This document shows positions 29,545 to 39,062 of a DNA stretch of 64,000 nt, piece by piece. Below the pieces are notes generated by a model that saw only the letters and a list, made by a program, of their open reading frames with translations, did not search any database and was not told where the DNA came from. The stretch comes from Acutalibacteraceae bacterium. Its GTDB lineage: Bacteria; Bacillota; Clostridia; Oscillospirales; Acutalibacteraceae. Numbering within the stretch: position 1 is the stretch's first letter; every line of letters begins with the position of its first letter. Both the position numbers and the translations under genes were made by a program. The stretch spans positions 27,681 through 91,680 of the forward strand of contig JAZQLZ010000025.1 in the NCBI GenBank assembly GCA_045543075.1, read 5' to 3'.

Positions 29545-29575
29545 CAAAAAAACAGCCTTGTCCGAAGACAAGGCT
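29545..29575 (-). promoter_or_regulatory. Leader intrinsic terminator (attenuator candidate) immediately upstream of pyrR
   Basis: On the minus strand AGCCUUGUC-UUCG-GACAAGGCU is followed by G-UUUUUUU-GAGG. The U-tract runs into the pyrR Shine-Dalgarno. Overlapping alternative hairpins lie upstream (AUCAAU/AUUGAU and UUGAUAA/UUAUCAA). Confidence 0.6.
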
Positions 29576-29714
29576 TGATAATAATTCTACTAAAAAACCT
29601 TATCAATTCACTGATTGATTTAAAAGCTTACAATATAATAGTAATATTGATTTCGGTTTTTGTAAATAGTTTAAATTATAGAAAAGTTATGTCGTAATTT
29701 GTCTATTTTACCTA

Positions 29715-30386
29715 TTAAAGCATATAGACACCTGATTCAAGTTCAACTAACTCACGGTCATTGGTCTTTATATATCTGTAAACCGGCTCTTCAAAGGTCT
29801 TATAGTCAGCGACAGTGTAATCCTTAAGGTCAACCGTGCGTATTTTACAAGATTCATAATTACAGATATACAATTTGTTATCGTAAACGGAAATTGAAAC
29901 AGGATTTAAGAATGCAGTTGATGAATCTCCGCCGATTCTTAAAACAATTTTACCCGTGGTAGGGCAGTAGCGAACTATACAGTTGTTTTCGGGTACAACG
30001 CACCAGATGTATTTACCCTCGGGTGCAACACCGCTGATGGGATAATCTCTGTATTGGAGGTCACCCGTCCAATACAACTCGCCCTTGTCGTTAAATAAAC
30101 CCAATTCACCGCTTGAGTAAGCAACAGCTATGTGTTTATTAGGAAGTGTTGCCGCATCGCAAAAGATAAAGTCGCTTAATTGCTCTGCGATTTTTTCATA
30201 ATTTTCACCAAACTTGTTGAGTAAATAAGCTCCACGGGTGCTTGCGGTAGGCCTTTCCAGTTTAACATCATAGGTAAAAAATGATATTTTGGTATTTCCG
30301 CTGGGCATAACATCCTTACGGGCAACAATTATACCTTTTGAAAACGGTACAATATCGACAATATCAATATCCATTAATTTTTTCAT
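29715..30386 (-). CDS. Hypothetical protein, last gene of the acn-icd-rex operon
   Basis: 223 aa with no recognisable motifs and a repetitive beta-strand-like pattern. Starts 2 nt after the rex stop. Confidence 0.5.
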   Translation of the reverse strand: MKKLMDIDIVDIVPFSKGIIVARKDVMPSGNTKISFFTYDVKLERPTASTRGAYLLNKFGENYEKIAEQLSDFIFCDAATLPNKHIAVAYSSGELGLFNDKGELYWTGDLQYRDYPISGVAPEGKYIWCVVPENNCIVRYCPTTGKIVLRIGGDSSTAFLNPVSISVYDNKLYICNYESCKIRTVDLKDYTVADYKTFEEPVYRYIKTNDRELVELESGVYML

Positions 30387-30388
30387 AA

Positions 30389-31039
30389 TCAGACCTCGTT
30401 ATTGTCAGATAATTTATTGATTTGGTAGCAAAGAGTCATTAAAGAATCACCGAGATGAACATTTTCAACTGCAACACCTTCATAACGATGCATAAGGTCA
30501 TACTGCGCAAAATTCCAGAAGCCCTTGATGCCCAATGATACAAGTTTATCCGCATTTTCAGCTGCATATTCGGGAGGAATACAGAGTATCGCAACTACGG
30601 GCTTTTCTTTTTTGCAGAATTCCTCTAAACCTGCTGAATCAAGTACGATTTTACCGCCGATGTCGGTGCCGATTACATTGGGGTTATTGTCAAAAATACC
30701 AATGAGATCAAAACCGCGGTTTTCAAAGTGAAGATGGGTTGCTATTGCGTGACCGAGATTACCTGCACCGATCATAATAGCTTTTGACTTTTTGTTGATA
30801 CCCAGAATAAGACCGATTTCATTATACAACTGTTCAATATTATAGCCGTAACCTTGTTGACCGAAACCGCCGAAACAGTTAAGGTCCTGTCTTATCTGGG
30901 ATGCTGTGAGCCCCATTCTCTGAGATAACTCTTTTGATGAGATTCTCACAACACCCATATTTTTTAATTCTTCGAGATATCTGTGATAACGGGGAAGTCT
31001 TTTTATAACAGGTACCGAAACCTGATTGCTGTTTTTCAT
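30389..31039 (-). CDS. rex: Redox-sensing transcriptional repressor Rex
   Basis: Winged-helix IKRLPRYHRYL and Rossmann GAGNLG. 216 aa. Confidence 0.93.
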   Translation of the reverse strand: MKNSNQVSVPVIKRLPRYHRYLEELKNMGVVRISSKELSQRMGLTASQIRQDLNCFGGFGQQGYGYNIEQLYNEIGLILGINKKSKAIMIGAGNLGHAIATHLHFENRGFDLIGIFDNNPNVIGTDIGGKIVLDSAGLEEFCKKEKPVVAILCIPPEYAAENADKLVSLGIKGFWNFAQYDLMHRYEGVAVENVHLGDSLMTLCYQINKLSDNNEV

Positions 31040-31054
31040 AATTTATCGCCCTTA

Positions 31055-32221
31055 TTAATCTAATGTTTTAAGAGTGTCCATTACATAGTTACCGAATTCT
31101 TCACAAGTACAGCCGTTATCACGACCGGTGATAACCATTTTCTTTTCGGTAATCATACAAATATCAAGAGCTTTTTCCAGCTTGTCTGCTTCTTCCTGCT
31201 TGCCGATGTGTGAAAGAAGAAGTACTGCAGCTCTGAGCATTGAGCAGGGGTCTGCATACTGACCGCGACCCTCTTTTACCATACGGGGAGCAGAGCCATG
31301 GATAGCTTCAAACATTGCGTATTGTTTACCGATGTTTGCGCTGCCTGCTGTACCAACGCCACCCTGGAATTCAGCAGCTTCGTCTGTGATAATATCGCCG
31401 TAAAGGTTGGGAAGAACGAAAACCTTAAAATCGGTTCTGCGCTTTTTATCAATAAGCTTTGCGGTTGTGATATCAATATACCATTCGTCTGTTGTGATTT
31501 CGGGATAATCCTTAGCGATGTTTTTGCAAAGGTTAAGGAATTTACCGTCAGTTGTTTTGATGATATTCGCCTTTGTGATGATTGAAACTCTGTCTTTTTT
31601 GTTGTTACGGGCGTATTCGTAAGCGAGTTTAGCAATTCTTTCAGTACCTTCGGTTGTTGTTACAACGAAGTCGAATGCAAGCTCACCGTCAACATCGACA
31701 CCCTTGGAACCTACTGCGTATGCACCCTCAGTGTTCTCACGGAAGAATGTCCAGTCGATGCCTTCCTCGGGGATTTTAACGGGACGAACATTTGCGAAAA
31801 GGTCAAGAGCCTTTCTCATAGCAACGTTTGCGCTTTCGATGTTGGGAAGACCGTCGCCCTGCTGAGGAGTGGTTGTGGGTCCTTTAAGAATAACGTCGCA
31901 AGCCTTGAGCTCTTCCATAACATCATCCGGAATTGCTTTCATAACTTTAGCACGGTTTTCAATTGTAAGACCGTCAATGTATTTGAATTCAACCTTGCCG
32001 TTATCAACATCTTCTTTGAGGATGAATTTGAGAACATTTGCGGCTTCTTTTGTAATGATGGGGCCGATGCCGTCACCGCCGCAGACACCGATTACAATTT
32101 TATCAAGTGCTTTGAAATCCTTGAAATCTTTTGTTGATTTGATTTTCTGGTTGCGCTCGTCCTGTTCGATGAGTAACTGTTTGAATCTATCGAGAGCGTT
32201 CTGAATCTGTACTTCAGTCAT
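31055..32221 (-). CDS. icd: Isocitrate dehydrogenase (isocitrate/isopropylmalate dehydrogenase family)
   Basis: GGDGIGPII and NLYGDIITDEAA motifs. Start overlaps the aconitase stop. Confidence 0.85.
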   Translation of the reverse strand: MTEVQIQNALDRFKQLLIEQDERNQKIKSTKDFKDFKALDKIVIGVCGGDGIGPIITKEAANVLKFILKEDVDNGKVEFKYIDGLTIENRAKVMKAIPDDVMEELKACDVILKGPTTTPQQGDGLPNIESANVAMRKALDLFANVRPVKIPEEGIDWTFFRENTEGAYAVGSKGVDVDGELAFDFVVTTTEGTERIAKLAYEYARNNKKDRVSIITKANIIKTTDGKFLNLCKNIAKDYPEITTDEWYIDITTAKLIDKKRRTDFKVFVLPNLYGDIITDEAAEFQGGVGTAGSANIGKQYAMFEAIHGSAPRMVKEGRGQYADPCSMLRAAVLLLSHIGKQEEADKLEKALDICMITEKKMVITGRDNGCTCEEFGNYVMDTLKTLD

Positions 32222-34158
32222 TATTTATTTTCCTCCTTGGTGTAGTCGAGTAAGCCGCCTGCTGTGAGAATATCAACCTGTCTTTCGGATACATCACAGA
32301 TGAGCTTGTATTCTTCGTTTTTGGTTTCGTTTTTGAGAGTAATTTCACTGCCTGCTTTAAGTTCGGCTTTGATAGCGGGAAGTGTAAGCTTGTCGCCAAC
32401 TGAAATTTTGTCATAGTCATCAGCATTCACAAAGTTAAGGGGTAAAATGCTTGCGTTTACAAGGTTAGCCTTGTGAATACGTGCAAAAGACTTTGTGATA
32501 ACAGCCTTAACACCTAAATAGAGGGGAACGAGAGCAGCATGTTCTCTTGAAGAGCCCTGTCCGTAGTTGTTACCGCCGATAATTATGCATGAACCTGCTT
32601 CCTTACAATGCTCTGCAAAGTTTTCATCACACTGACGGAAACAGAACTGTGAAAGATGAGGAATGTTTGAACGATAGGGAAGAATCTTTGCACCTGCAGG
32701 CATAATATGGTCAGTTGTGATGTTGTCCTCAACTTTGAGAACTGCTGTTGCTTCTATTGAATCAGCAAGGGGAGTTGTCTTGGGGAAAGGTTTGATGTTG
32801 GGTCCGTAATATACCTCAACTGCTGCAGCCTCTTCGGGAGTTTCTGCAGGCATTTCAATCATATTGTCGTTAATGATAAATGATTTAGGAAGTGTAACTG
32901 AAATATCTTCTGTACAAGTAGTTGCATCAGTGAGAACGCCTGTGAGTGCAGATACCGCGGCTGTTTCAGGGCTTACAAGGTAAACCTTACCGTCTGCGGT
33001 ACCGCTTCTGCCTTCGAAGTTACGGTTAAATGTTCTTAAAGAAACACCCGATGAGCAGGGTGACTGACCCATACCGATACAGGGTCCGCAAGCGCTCTCG
33101 AGAATACGGGCGCCTGCATCGATCATATCTGCAAGAGCACCGTTGAGTGCGAGCATATTAAGAACCTGTTTTGAACCGGGAGCAATACCCAGGGATACTG
33201 AAGGATGTACCTTTTTACCTTTAAGGATTTTTGCAACCTTCATCATATCAAGAAGTGATGAGTTTGTGCATGAACCGATAAGAACCTGGTCAACCTTAAT
33301 TTCGCCGATTTCTGCAACAGATTTAACATTATCGGGCATATGGGGCATTGCAGCAAGGGGCTTTAATGCACAAAGGTCAATATCAATAATTCTTGAATAT
33401 TCAGCATCCTCGTCCGGAAGTAGCTCAACCCAATCCTGTTCACGGCTTTGAGCTTTCATGAAATCATATGTAATATCATCAGAAGGGAATATTGATGTTG
33501 TAGCACCGAGCTCCGCACCCATATTGGTGATTGTTGCTCTTTCGGGAACGGTAAGTGTTTTGACGCCTTCGCCGCCGTACTCAATAACTTTACCTACACC
33601 GCCTTTGACGCTGAGTATTCTCAAAACCTCAAGAATAATGTCTTTAGCAGCAACATAGGGGGAGAGCTTACCCGTTAAGTTGACCTTAATTACCTCCGGA
33701 ACGGTGATGTAATATGCACCGCCGCCCATTGCAACTGCAACATCGAGACCGCCGGCACCCATAGCAAGCATACCTAAACCGCCGCCTGTGGGTGTGTGGC
33801 TGTCGGAACCGATAAGTGTTTTACCGGGAATGCCGAATCTTTCAAGGTGAACCTGGTGGCAGATACCGTTACCGGGTCTTGAATAACGAACGCCGCGTTT
33901 TTTACAAACGCTCTGAATGAATTTATGGTCATCGGCATTCTCGAAACCTGTCTGGAGAGTGTTATGGTCAATATAAGCCACAGAAAGCTCTGTTTTTACC
34001 TTATCAATATCCATAGCCTCGAGCTCGAGATAAGCCATTGTGCCGGTAGCGTCCTGGGTTAAAGTCTGGTCAATTCTGATACCTACTTCATTACCAGGGG
34101 CATATTCGCCGTCAACAAGATGACTCTTAATAATTTTTTCGCATAGAGTGAGTCCCAT
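32221..34158 (-). CDS. acn: Aconitate hydratase (645-aa type)
   Basis: Fe-S ligand contexts IGSCTNSS and CGPCIGMG. Swivel domain GGNNYGQGSSREHAA. Confidence 0.92.
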   Translation of the reverse strand: MGLTLCEKIIKSHLVDGEYAPGNEVGIRIDQTLTQDATGTMAYLELEAMDIDKVKTELSVAYIDHNTLQTGFENADDHKFIQSVCKKRGVRYSRPGNGICHQVHLERFGIPGKTLIGSDSHTPTGGGLGMLAMGAGGLDVAVAMGGGAYYITVPEVIKVNLTGKLSPYVAAKDIILEVLRILSVKGGVGKVIEYGGEGVKTLTVPERATITNMGAELGATTSIFPSDDITYDFMKAQSREQDWVELLPDEDAEYSRIIDIDLCALKPLAAMPHMPDNVKSVAEIGEIKVDQVLIGSCTNSSLLDMMKVAKILKGKKVHPSVSLGIAPGSKQVLNMLALNGALADMIDAGARILESACGPCIGMGQSPCSSGVSLRTFNRNFEGRSGTADGKVYLVSPETAAVSALTGVLTDATTCTEDISVTLPKSFIINDNMIEMPAETPEEAAAVEVYYGPNIKPFPKTTPLADSIEATAVLKVEDNITTDHIMPAGAKILPYRSNIPHLSQFCFRQCDENFAEHCKEAGSCIIIGGNNYGQGSSREHAALVPLYLGVKAVITKSFARIHKANLVNASILPLNFVNADDYDKISVGDKLTLPAIKAELKAGSEITLKNETKNEEYKLICDVSERQVDILTAGGLLDYTKEENK

Positions 34159-34178
34159 TTTTTAATCCTCCGAAAAAC

Positions 34179-34197
34179 TTGTTTAAATTTTTAACAA
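34179..34197. promoter_or_regulatory. Candidate Rex operator overlapping the acn operon transcription start
   Basis: On the minus strand TTGTTAA-AAATT-TAAACAA, close to the clostridial Rex consensus TTGTTAA-N4-TTAACAA (one extra spacer base or one mismatch). Lies 4 nt downstream of the predicted -10. Confidence 0.5.
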
Positions 34198-34201
34198 TGA
34201 C

Positions 34202-34230
34202 ATTTTAATATTTTTCACAATCTTTGTCAA
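34202..34230 (-). promoter_or_regulatory. Sigma-A-type promoter of the acn-icd-rex operon
   Basis: On the minus strand TTGACA (34230-34225), 17-nt spacer, TAAAAT (34207-34202). Confidence 0.55.
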
Positions 34231-34282
34231 CGAAAATTTGATAAAAAATAAACAAACAATTATAAATATAATATGTCAAATA

Positions 34283-34311
34283 TTGCACTTTTTTGTTTAA
34301 TGTGCTATTAT
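34283..34311 (+). promoter_or_regulatory. Sigma-A-type promoter for tepA-uppP-ftsK
   Basis: TTGCAC (34283-34288), 17-nt spacer, TATTAT (34306-34311). Confidence 0.45.
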
Positions 34312-34359
34312 ATATGATAAAAGGGGTAAATTGGTTATAATAAAAAATGGTGATGTTTT

Positions 34360-35088
34360 TTGTATAACTATTTACACGATTTTTATAATTTTGATGCTAC
34401 TGTTCCCGATGTGGAAAACGATAATAACGAGGCTGACGAAGGTGTATTTCCCGAAAATAATATTATTGACGGAAGTGTTACCGTAAACAAAAACGGTAAG
34501 TATATCCATTGTCTTACTATTGTTGGTCAGATTGAAGGGCATTACGTTTCTCCGTCAAACACTAAAGCCACAAAGTATGAGCATATTATTCCTCGGCTTG
34601 TCGCTGTTGAAGAAAATGACGATATTTCGGGTTTACTCATAATTCTCAATACTGTTGGCGGTGATATTGAGGCGGGTCTCGCTATCTCCGAGCTCATTTC
34701 CGGAATGAAAAAGCCCACAGTTTCCCTTGTTTTGGGCGGTAGCCATTCCATTGGTATTCCTTTGGCTGTCAGTGCAAAAAAATCCTTTGTTGTTCCTACG
34801 GCTTCCATGACAGTGCATCCCGTCAGAATGAGCGGTCTTATCTTGGGTGTTCCACAGACCCTCGTTTATCTTAACAAGATGGAGGAACGGGTTGTTGACT
34901 TTGTAACCCGTAATTCTGGTGTAACTTCACAGCGGTTCAAAGAAATGATGCTCAACAGCAAGGAGCTTATCACTGATTTCGGTACAATTCTCAATGGTGT
35001 ACAAGCCGTTGAAGAAGGTCTTATTGATTGTGTAGGCGGTCTTAGTGATGCGCTTGACTGTCTTTATAATATGGTGGATAATCATTAA
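34360..35088 (+). CDS. tepA: ClpP-fold serine protease, TepA-like
   Basis: IVGQIEGH, LNTVGGDIEAGLAISE and VLGGSHSIGIPLAVS motifs as in Bacillus TepA. TTG start. Confidence 0.7.
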   Translation: MYNYLHDFYNFDATVPDVENDNNEADEGVFPENNIIDGSVTVNKNGKYIHCLTIVGQIEGHYVSPSNTKATKYEHIIPRLVAVEENDDISGLLIILNTVGGDIEAGLAISELISGMKKPTVSLVLGGSHSIGIPLAVSAKKSFVVPTASMTVHPVRMSGLILGVPQTLVYLNKMEERVVDFVTRNSGVTSQRFKEMMLNSKELITDFGTILNGVQAVEEGLIDCVGGLSDALDCLYNMVDNH

Positions 35089-35102
35089 TTGCGGAGGTTT
35101 TT

Positions 35103-35984
35103 ATGAAAGAGATAATACAAGCTTTGTTTCTCGGCATAATTCAGGGGCTTACAGAGTTTTTACCTGTGTCGAGCAGTGGTCATATGTCAATCTTCAGACA
35201 TTTCAGCGGAATGGCAACCGAAGGCTCGGGGCTTTTTTCCGCAATGCTACATATAGGAACACTCGTTGCAATTTTCATTGTATTTTATAAGCCTATTTAT
35301 GAATTGTTCGTTGAGTTCTTGCTTTGCTTCAGAGATTTATTTAAAAGGGACTTCAGTAAATTTAAAATGAAAAATATGTCCGCTGCACGTCGGATGTTAT
35401 TTATGTTTGTTATTTCATGTGTTCCCTTGCTTATCTTGTTATTGCCTGTTGGTAATGGTAATAATCTTATGGATGCAGTAGGTGTTTTCAGCTCTGATAA
35501 CAGCATAAAAGCTGAAGGCTTATGCTTTATGATTACCGGTTTTGTGCTATTGTTGGGTACAAATGTTGCCCTAAATACCAAAAGAAACCTCAGCGTTTCT
35601 CCGTTATCCGCACTTATAATCGGTATCGCTCAGTTTTTTGCAGCTTGTTTCCCGGGTATCTCCCGTTCAGGTACTACTGTTTCTGCCGCTATGTGTTGCA
35701 GAGTATCTAAAAACAATGCTATAAGATATTCCTTCATTTTAAGTATTCCTGCAGTGCTTGCAAGTGGTCTTGTTGAATTTAAGGATGCGCTTGAAAGTCC
35801 TGAAATAATTCCTGTATTTCCGTTGATTGTCGGAGTTGTCGCATCAGCAGTTGTGGGTGTACTCTCAATTAAGCTTCTGCAGCTTATTATGAAGAAAAAT
35901 TTGTATAAGTACTTCGGTATTTACTGCGTAATCCTCGGCTTTATTGTTACTGTTATCGGTGCAGTAGAAGCGTTCATTAAATAA
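35103..35984 (+). CDS. uppP: Undecaprenyl-diphosphate phosphatase
   Basis: QGLTEFLPVSSSGH and PGISRSGTT BacA/UppP motifs. 8 TM segments. Confidence 0.93.
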   Translation: MKEIIQALFLGIIQGLTEFLPVSSSGHMSIFRHFSGMATEGSGLFSAMLHIGTLVAIFIVFYKPIYELFVEFLLCFRDLFKRDFSKFKMKNMSAARRMLFMFVISCVPLLILLLPVGNGNNLMDAVGVFSSDNSIKAEGLCFMITGFVLLLGTNVALNTKRNLSVSPLSALIIGIAQFFAACFPGISRSGTTVSAAMCCRVSKNNAIRYSFILSIPAVLASGLVEFKDALESPEIIPVFPLIVGVVASAVVGVLSIKLLQLIMKKNLYKYFGIYCVILGFIVTVIGAVEAFIK

Positions 35985-36000
35985 TAAGGAGATTTCAGTT

Positions 36001-38688
36001 TTGGCTCAGACTAAGAAAAACGCGCCTAAAAAAAGCGCAAAAACCTCTAAAAAGAATAATTCTGAAAAAGCCAAGGGTGCAAAATCACTTTTCAGCCGTG
36101 AGCATAAGCTTATTATCGCTTTAGTTGGTATTTTCGTTGCATTGCTTATGGGTGCAATTGTATTTATTCCTGCGGGGAGTGTCTGGGGCGCACTCAGAAA
36201 CTTCAGCTTTGGCTTGTTCGGCTTTACAGCGTTTATTGTGCCTTTCTTTATGATATTTGTTTGTGTTGTTGCGCTTTTGGGTAAGGATTCAAAGAAGTAC
36301 AAAATCAGAGTAATACAAGGCTTTACTTTGTTCACTTTGATTGTTGTTTTTGTAAATATCATAATCGCAAATACCGAATATACATACGGGGAACAGATTG
36401 CGGATGCGTATAACATATTTAAGAATTATAACGGTGAAGGCGTTCATTACGGTACAGGTGTATTCGGTGCGCTCATCGGCGGTATTCCTCTTTTGTTAAC
36501 CGGTGGAAATAAAATTGCCGCAGGTTTCGTTGTAATTCTTATTCTTACAGCCTTGTGTATGATTTTCTTCCGTACAGGCCTACTTAAGCTTGTTGAATCC
36601 CTGAAGGGTCCTGCTGAATCGGTTTCAAAAATAGCAGGGGAAAAGCTTGAAGATATTAAAACATCCTACAATGCCGCTTCAGAAAAGGCTCAGGAAAAAC
36701 GCGCAAGAAGCGCTGAAAAGCGAAGAGCCGAAAGCAATAAACAGGAAATTGATCTTGATATTCCCATTGATGAAGATGTTGTGGTTGTTGATAACGGTGT
36801 GGACCCCATTTTATCAAACAGCATTGAAGTTTCTCCCGACAGGGATACTCAGATGGCTGAAATTATTGATTTGTTCAAAAATGATGATGCCCGGGAAGAG
36901 GAAGATAATTTAATTGCTTTTGACGAGCTTGGTGATAAGACCGTTCAGGAAGAACTTTTTGAAGAGATTATTGAAGCTGCGGAAGATGAGGCTGTTGTTG
37001 AACTCGCTGATTACGAAGTGAACGAAGAACAGTCTGCAGAAGAAATTGTTGAAGATGTAATTGAGGAAAGGGTAGAGGAGACTGTTGTTTACGAGTTACC
37101 GCCCGTTGAGCTTCTTGATTTGCCTAAGAATAATAATACAGGCGGTTCTGCCAACGAACTGCGCGAAAGAGGCGAAACAATAGTTAAGACCCTTAAGAGC
37201 TTCGGGGTTGGTACTCATATTGTCGAAATTTGCCAAAGTCCCTCGGTTACCCGTTTCGAGCTTCAACCTGACCCGGGTGTTAAGATAAGCAGAATTACTG
37301 CGCTTGCGGATGATATAGCAATGAATCTTGCTGCCTCCGGTGTTCGTATCGAAGCACCTATACCCAACAAAAACGCTGTGGGTATTGAAGTGCCCAATGC
37401 TGAAAAAGCAATGGTTACGCTTCGTGAAATCCTTGAAAATAATTCATTTAAAAACTCAAAGTCGCGGCTCAATGTTGCGCTGGGTCGTGATATTCAGGGC
37501 GAAGCAACCTGTGCTGACCTTGCAAAGATGCCCCACTTGCTTGTTGCAGGTACCACCGGTTCTGGTAAATCTGTATGCCTTAACACCATGATTATGAGCT
37601 TGCTTTATAATGCAAAGCCCGATGAGGTTAAGCTTATAATGATTGACCCCAAGAAGGTTGAGTTTACTGTTTATCGCTCTATTCCTCATCTTCTTGTGCC
37701 CGTTGTTGCGGATCCCAGAAAAGCTGCAGGTGCTCTTTCCTGGGCGGTAGCAGAGATGGACAAGCGTTATGCATTATTTGCAGAAAAAGGTGTAAGAAAC
37801 CTGCAGGGTTATAACACCTATGCTCTTTCAAACAATTTACCTAAAATGCCCCAGATTGTCATTATTATCGACGAGCTGTCCGACTTGATGATGGCTGCTT
37901 CAAATGAGGTTGAGGATTCTATTTGCCGTCTCGCCCAGAAAGCCCGTGCTGCAGGTATGCACCTTATCGTTGCAACCCAGAGACCTTCTGTTGATGTTAT
38001 CACAGGTCTTATTAAAGCCAATATTCCAAGCAGAATTGCTTTTGCCGTTAAATCACAGATTGACTCCCGTACAATCATTGATACTCAAGGTGCTGAAAAG
38101 CTCCTTGGTAACGGTGATATGCTCTACTGTCCCGTAGGTCTTTCGAAGCCTGTGCGTGTGCAGGGTTGCTATGTTTCGGACGATGAAATAGAGCGTGTTA
38201 TTGAATTCGTAACCGCTCAGGGCGATGTTAAGTATGATGATGCCGTTATGCAGGAAATTGAGATTAAAGCTGCTCAGGACGGTAAAAAGAAATCATCTGC
38301 AGCTGTTGAAGCTGATACATCTGCTGATGACTACGGCGATGAAATGATACCTAAAGCTATCGAGGTTGTAGTTGAAGCAGGTATGGCATCTACAACTCTC
38401 TTGCAGAGAAAGCTTAAATTAGGTTATGCACGAGCTGCGCGTATTGTAGATGAATTAAGTGAAAAGGGGATTATAGGACCCTTTGAAGGCAGTAAGCCCC
38501 GTAAGGTGCTCATCACAAAAGAGCAATGGTATGAAATGCAGGCTAGTTCATCTGTTTCCACACCAAAACAATTATCGGTTGATGATATACCTGTACAGCA
38601 GGCTGAGACCGTTGAAAACGGCGGAGCTCATTTACCTGAGAATCACAATTATTTCGGCTCTGCCATAAATAATAACCTTGAGGATTGA
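36001..38688 (+). CDS. ftsK: DNA translocase FtsK/SpoIIIE
   Basis: N-terminal TM block, acidic linker, Walker A GTTGSGKSV, Walker B IIIDELSDLM and gamma winged helix LLQRKLKLGYARAARIVDEL. TTG start 8 nt after AAGGAG. Confidence 0.95.
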   Translation: MAQTKKNAPKKSAKTSKKNNSEKAKGAKSLFSREHKLIIALVGIFVALLMGAIVFIPAGSVWGALRNFSFGLFGFTAFIVPFFMIFVCVVALLGKDSKKYKIRVIQGFTLFTLIVVFVNIIIANTEYTYGEQIADAYNIFKNYNGEGVHYGTGVFGALIGGIPLLLTGGNKIAAGFVVILILTALCMIFFRTGLLKLVESLKGPAESVSKIAGEKLEDIKTSYNAASEKAQEKRARSAEKRRAESNKQEIDLDIPIDEDVVVVDNGVDPILSNSIEVSPDRDTQMAEIIDLFKNDDAREEEDNLIAFDELGDKTVQEELFEEIIEAAEDEAVVELADYEVNEEQSAEEIVEDVIEERVEETVVYELPPVELLDLPKNNNTGGSANELRERGETIVKTLKSFGVGTHIVEICQSPSVTRFELQPDPGVKISRITALADDIAMNLAASGVRIEAPIPNKNAVGIEVPNAEKAMVTLREILENNSFKNSKSRLNVALGRDIQGEATCADLAKMPHLLVAGTTGSGKSVCLNTMIMSLLYNAKPDEVKLIMIDPKKVEFTVYRSIPHLLVPVVADPRKAAGALSWAVAEMDKRYALFAEKGVRNLQGYNTYALSNNLPKMPQIVIIIDELSDLMMAASNEVEDSICRLAQKARAAGMHLIVATQRPSVDVITGLIKANIPSRIAFAVKSQIDSRTIIDTQGAEKLLGNGDMLYCPVGLSKPVRVQGCYVSDDEIERVIEFVTAQGDVKYDDAVMQEIEIKAAQDGKKKSSAAVEADTSADDYGDEMIPKAIEVVVEAGMASTTLLQRKLKLGYARAARIVDELSEKGIIGPFEGSKPRKVLITKEQWYEMQASSSVSTPKQLSVDDIPVQQAETVENGGAHLPENHNYFGSAINNNLED

Positions 38689-38690
38689 TT

Positions 38691-38933
38691 ATGGATATTT
38701 TCGTAGAATACTTAGATGGGGATTTTGCTGTTTGCCGATTGCCCGATAAAGCAAAAAACCTTATTCGTTTACCTTTGAGAGATTTACCCGCGGGTGTTCA
38801 CGAGCTCGTGGTTGTATCAATGCGTGACAATGGTTCATTTGTAATAAATGACTATGCACGCGAGGTAAGAATGAAAAAAATTACCAACTATTTACGATAC
38901 AAAAAATATTGTTTTAACTTAGAAAATAATTAA
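38691..38933 (+). CDS. Small DUF3006-like protein
   Basis: 80 aa. The EYLDGDFAVCRLPD...LPLRDLPAGVHE pattern resembles DUF3006. ATG 38691 lies 6 nt after GAGGA and overlaps the ftsK stop region. Confidence 0.45.
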   Translation: MDIFVEYLDGDFAVCRLPDKAKNLIRLPLRDLPAGVHELVVVSMRDNGSFVINDYAREVRMKKITNYLRYKKYCFNLENN

Positions 38934-38943
38934 CAAAAAAGTA

Positions 38944-38972
38944 TTGCTTTTTTTGTAAAAAGGTGATATACT
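38944..38972 (+). promoter_or_regulatory. Sigma-A-type promoter of rpsB-tsf
   Basis: TTGCTT (38944-38949), 17-nt spacer, TGA-TATACT extended -10 (38967-38972). Confidence 0.55.
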
Positions 38973-38986
38973 TTCCAAGTTAAAAA

Positions 38987-39062
38987 ACTCACGCAGGGTA
39001 GATTGCGGGTGTCGTGTGCATCTTTGATGTGGTATCCGTGAGTCGAAACCTTGCGGCGGTTT
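38987..39062 (+). promoter_or_regulatory. Structured GC-rich 5' leader of rpsB (ribosomal-protein leader candidate)
   Basis: ACTCACG (38987-38993) pairs with CGTGAGT (39037-39043), enclosing a G-rich 43-nt insert. A second hairpin AAACC-TTGCGGC-GGTTT (39046-39062) ends 8 nt before the GGAGG. Confidence 0.45.

Noticed and set aside
34211-34232. Second possible Rex site TTCACAATCTTTGTCAA upstream of acn.
   Set aside because: The half-sites are in the everted orientation (TTCACAA...TTGTCAA) relative to the Rex consensus, and they overlap the -35. This is more likely coincidence with the TTGACA box.
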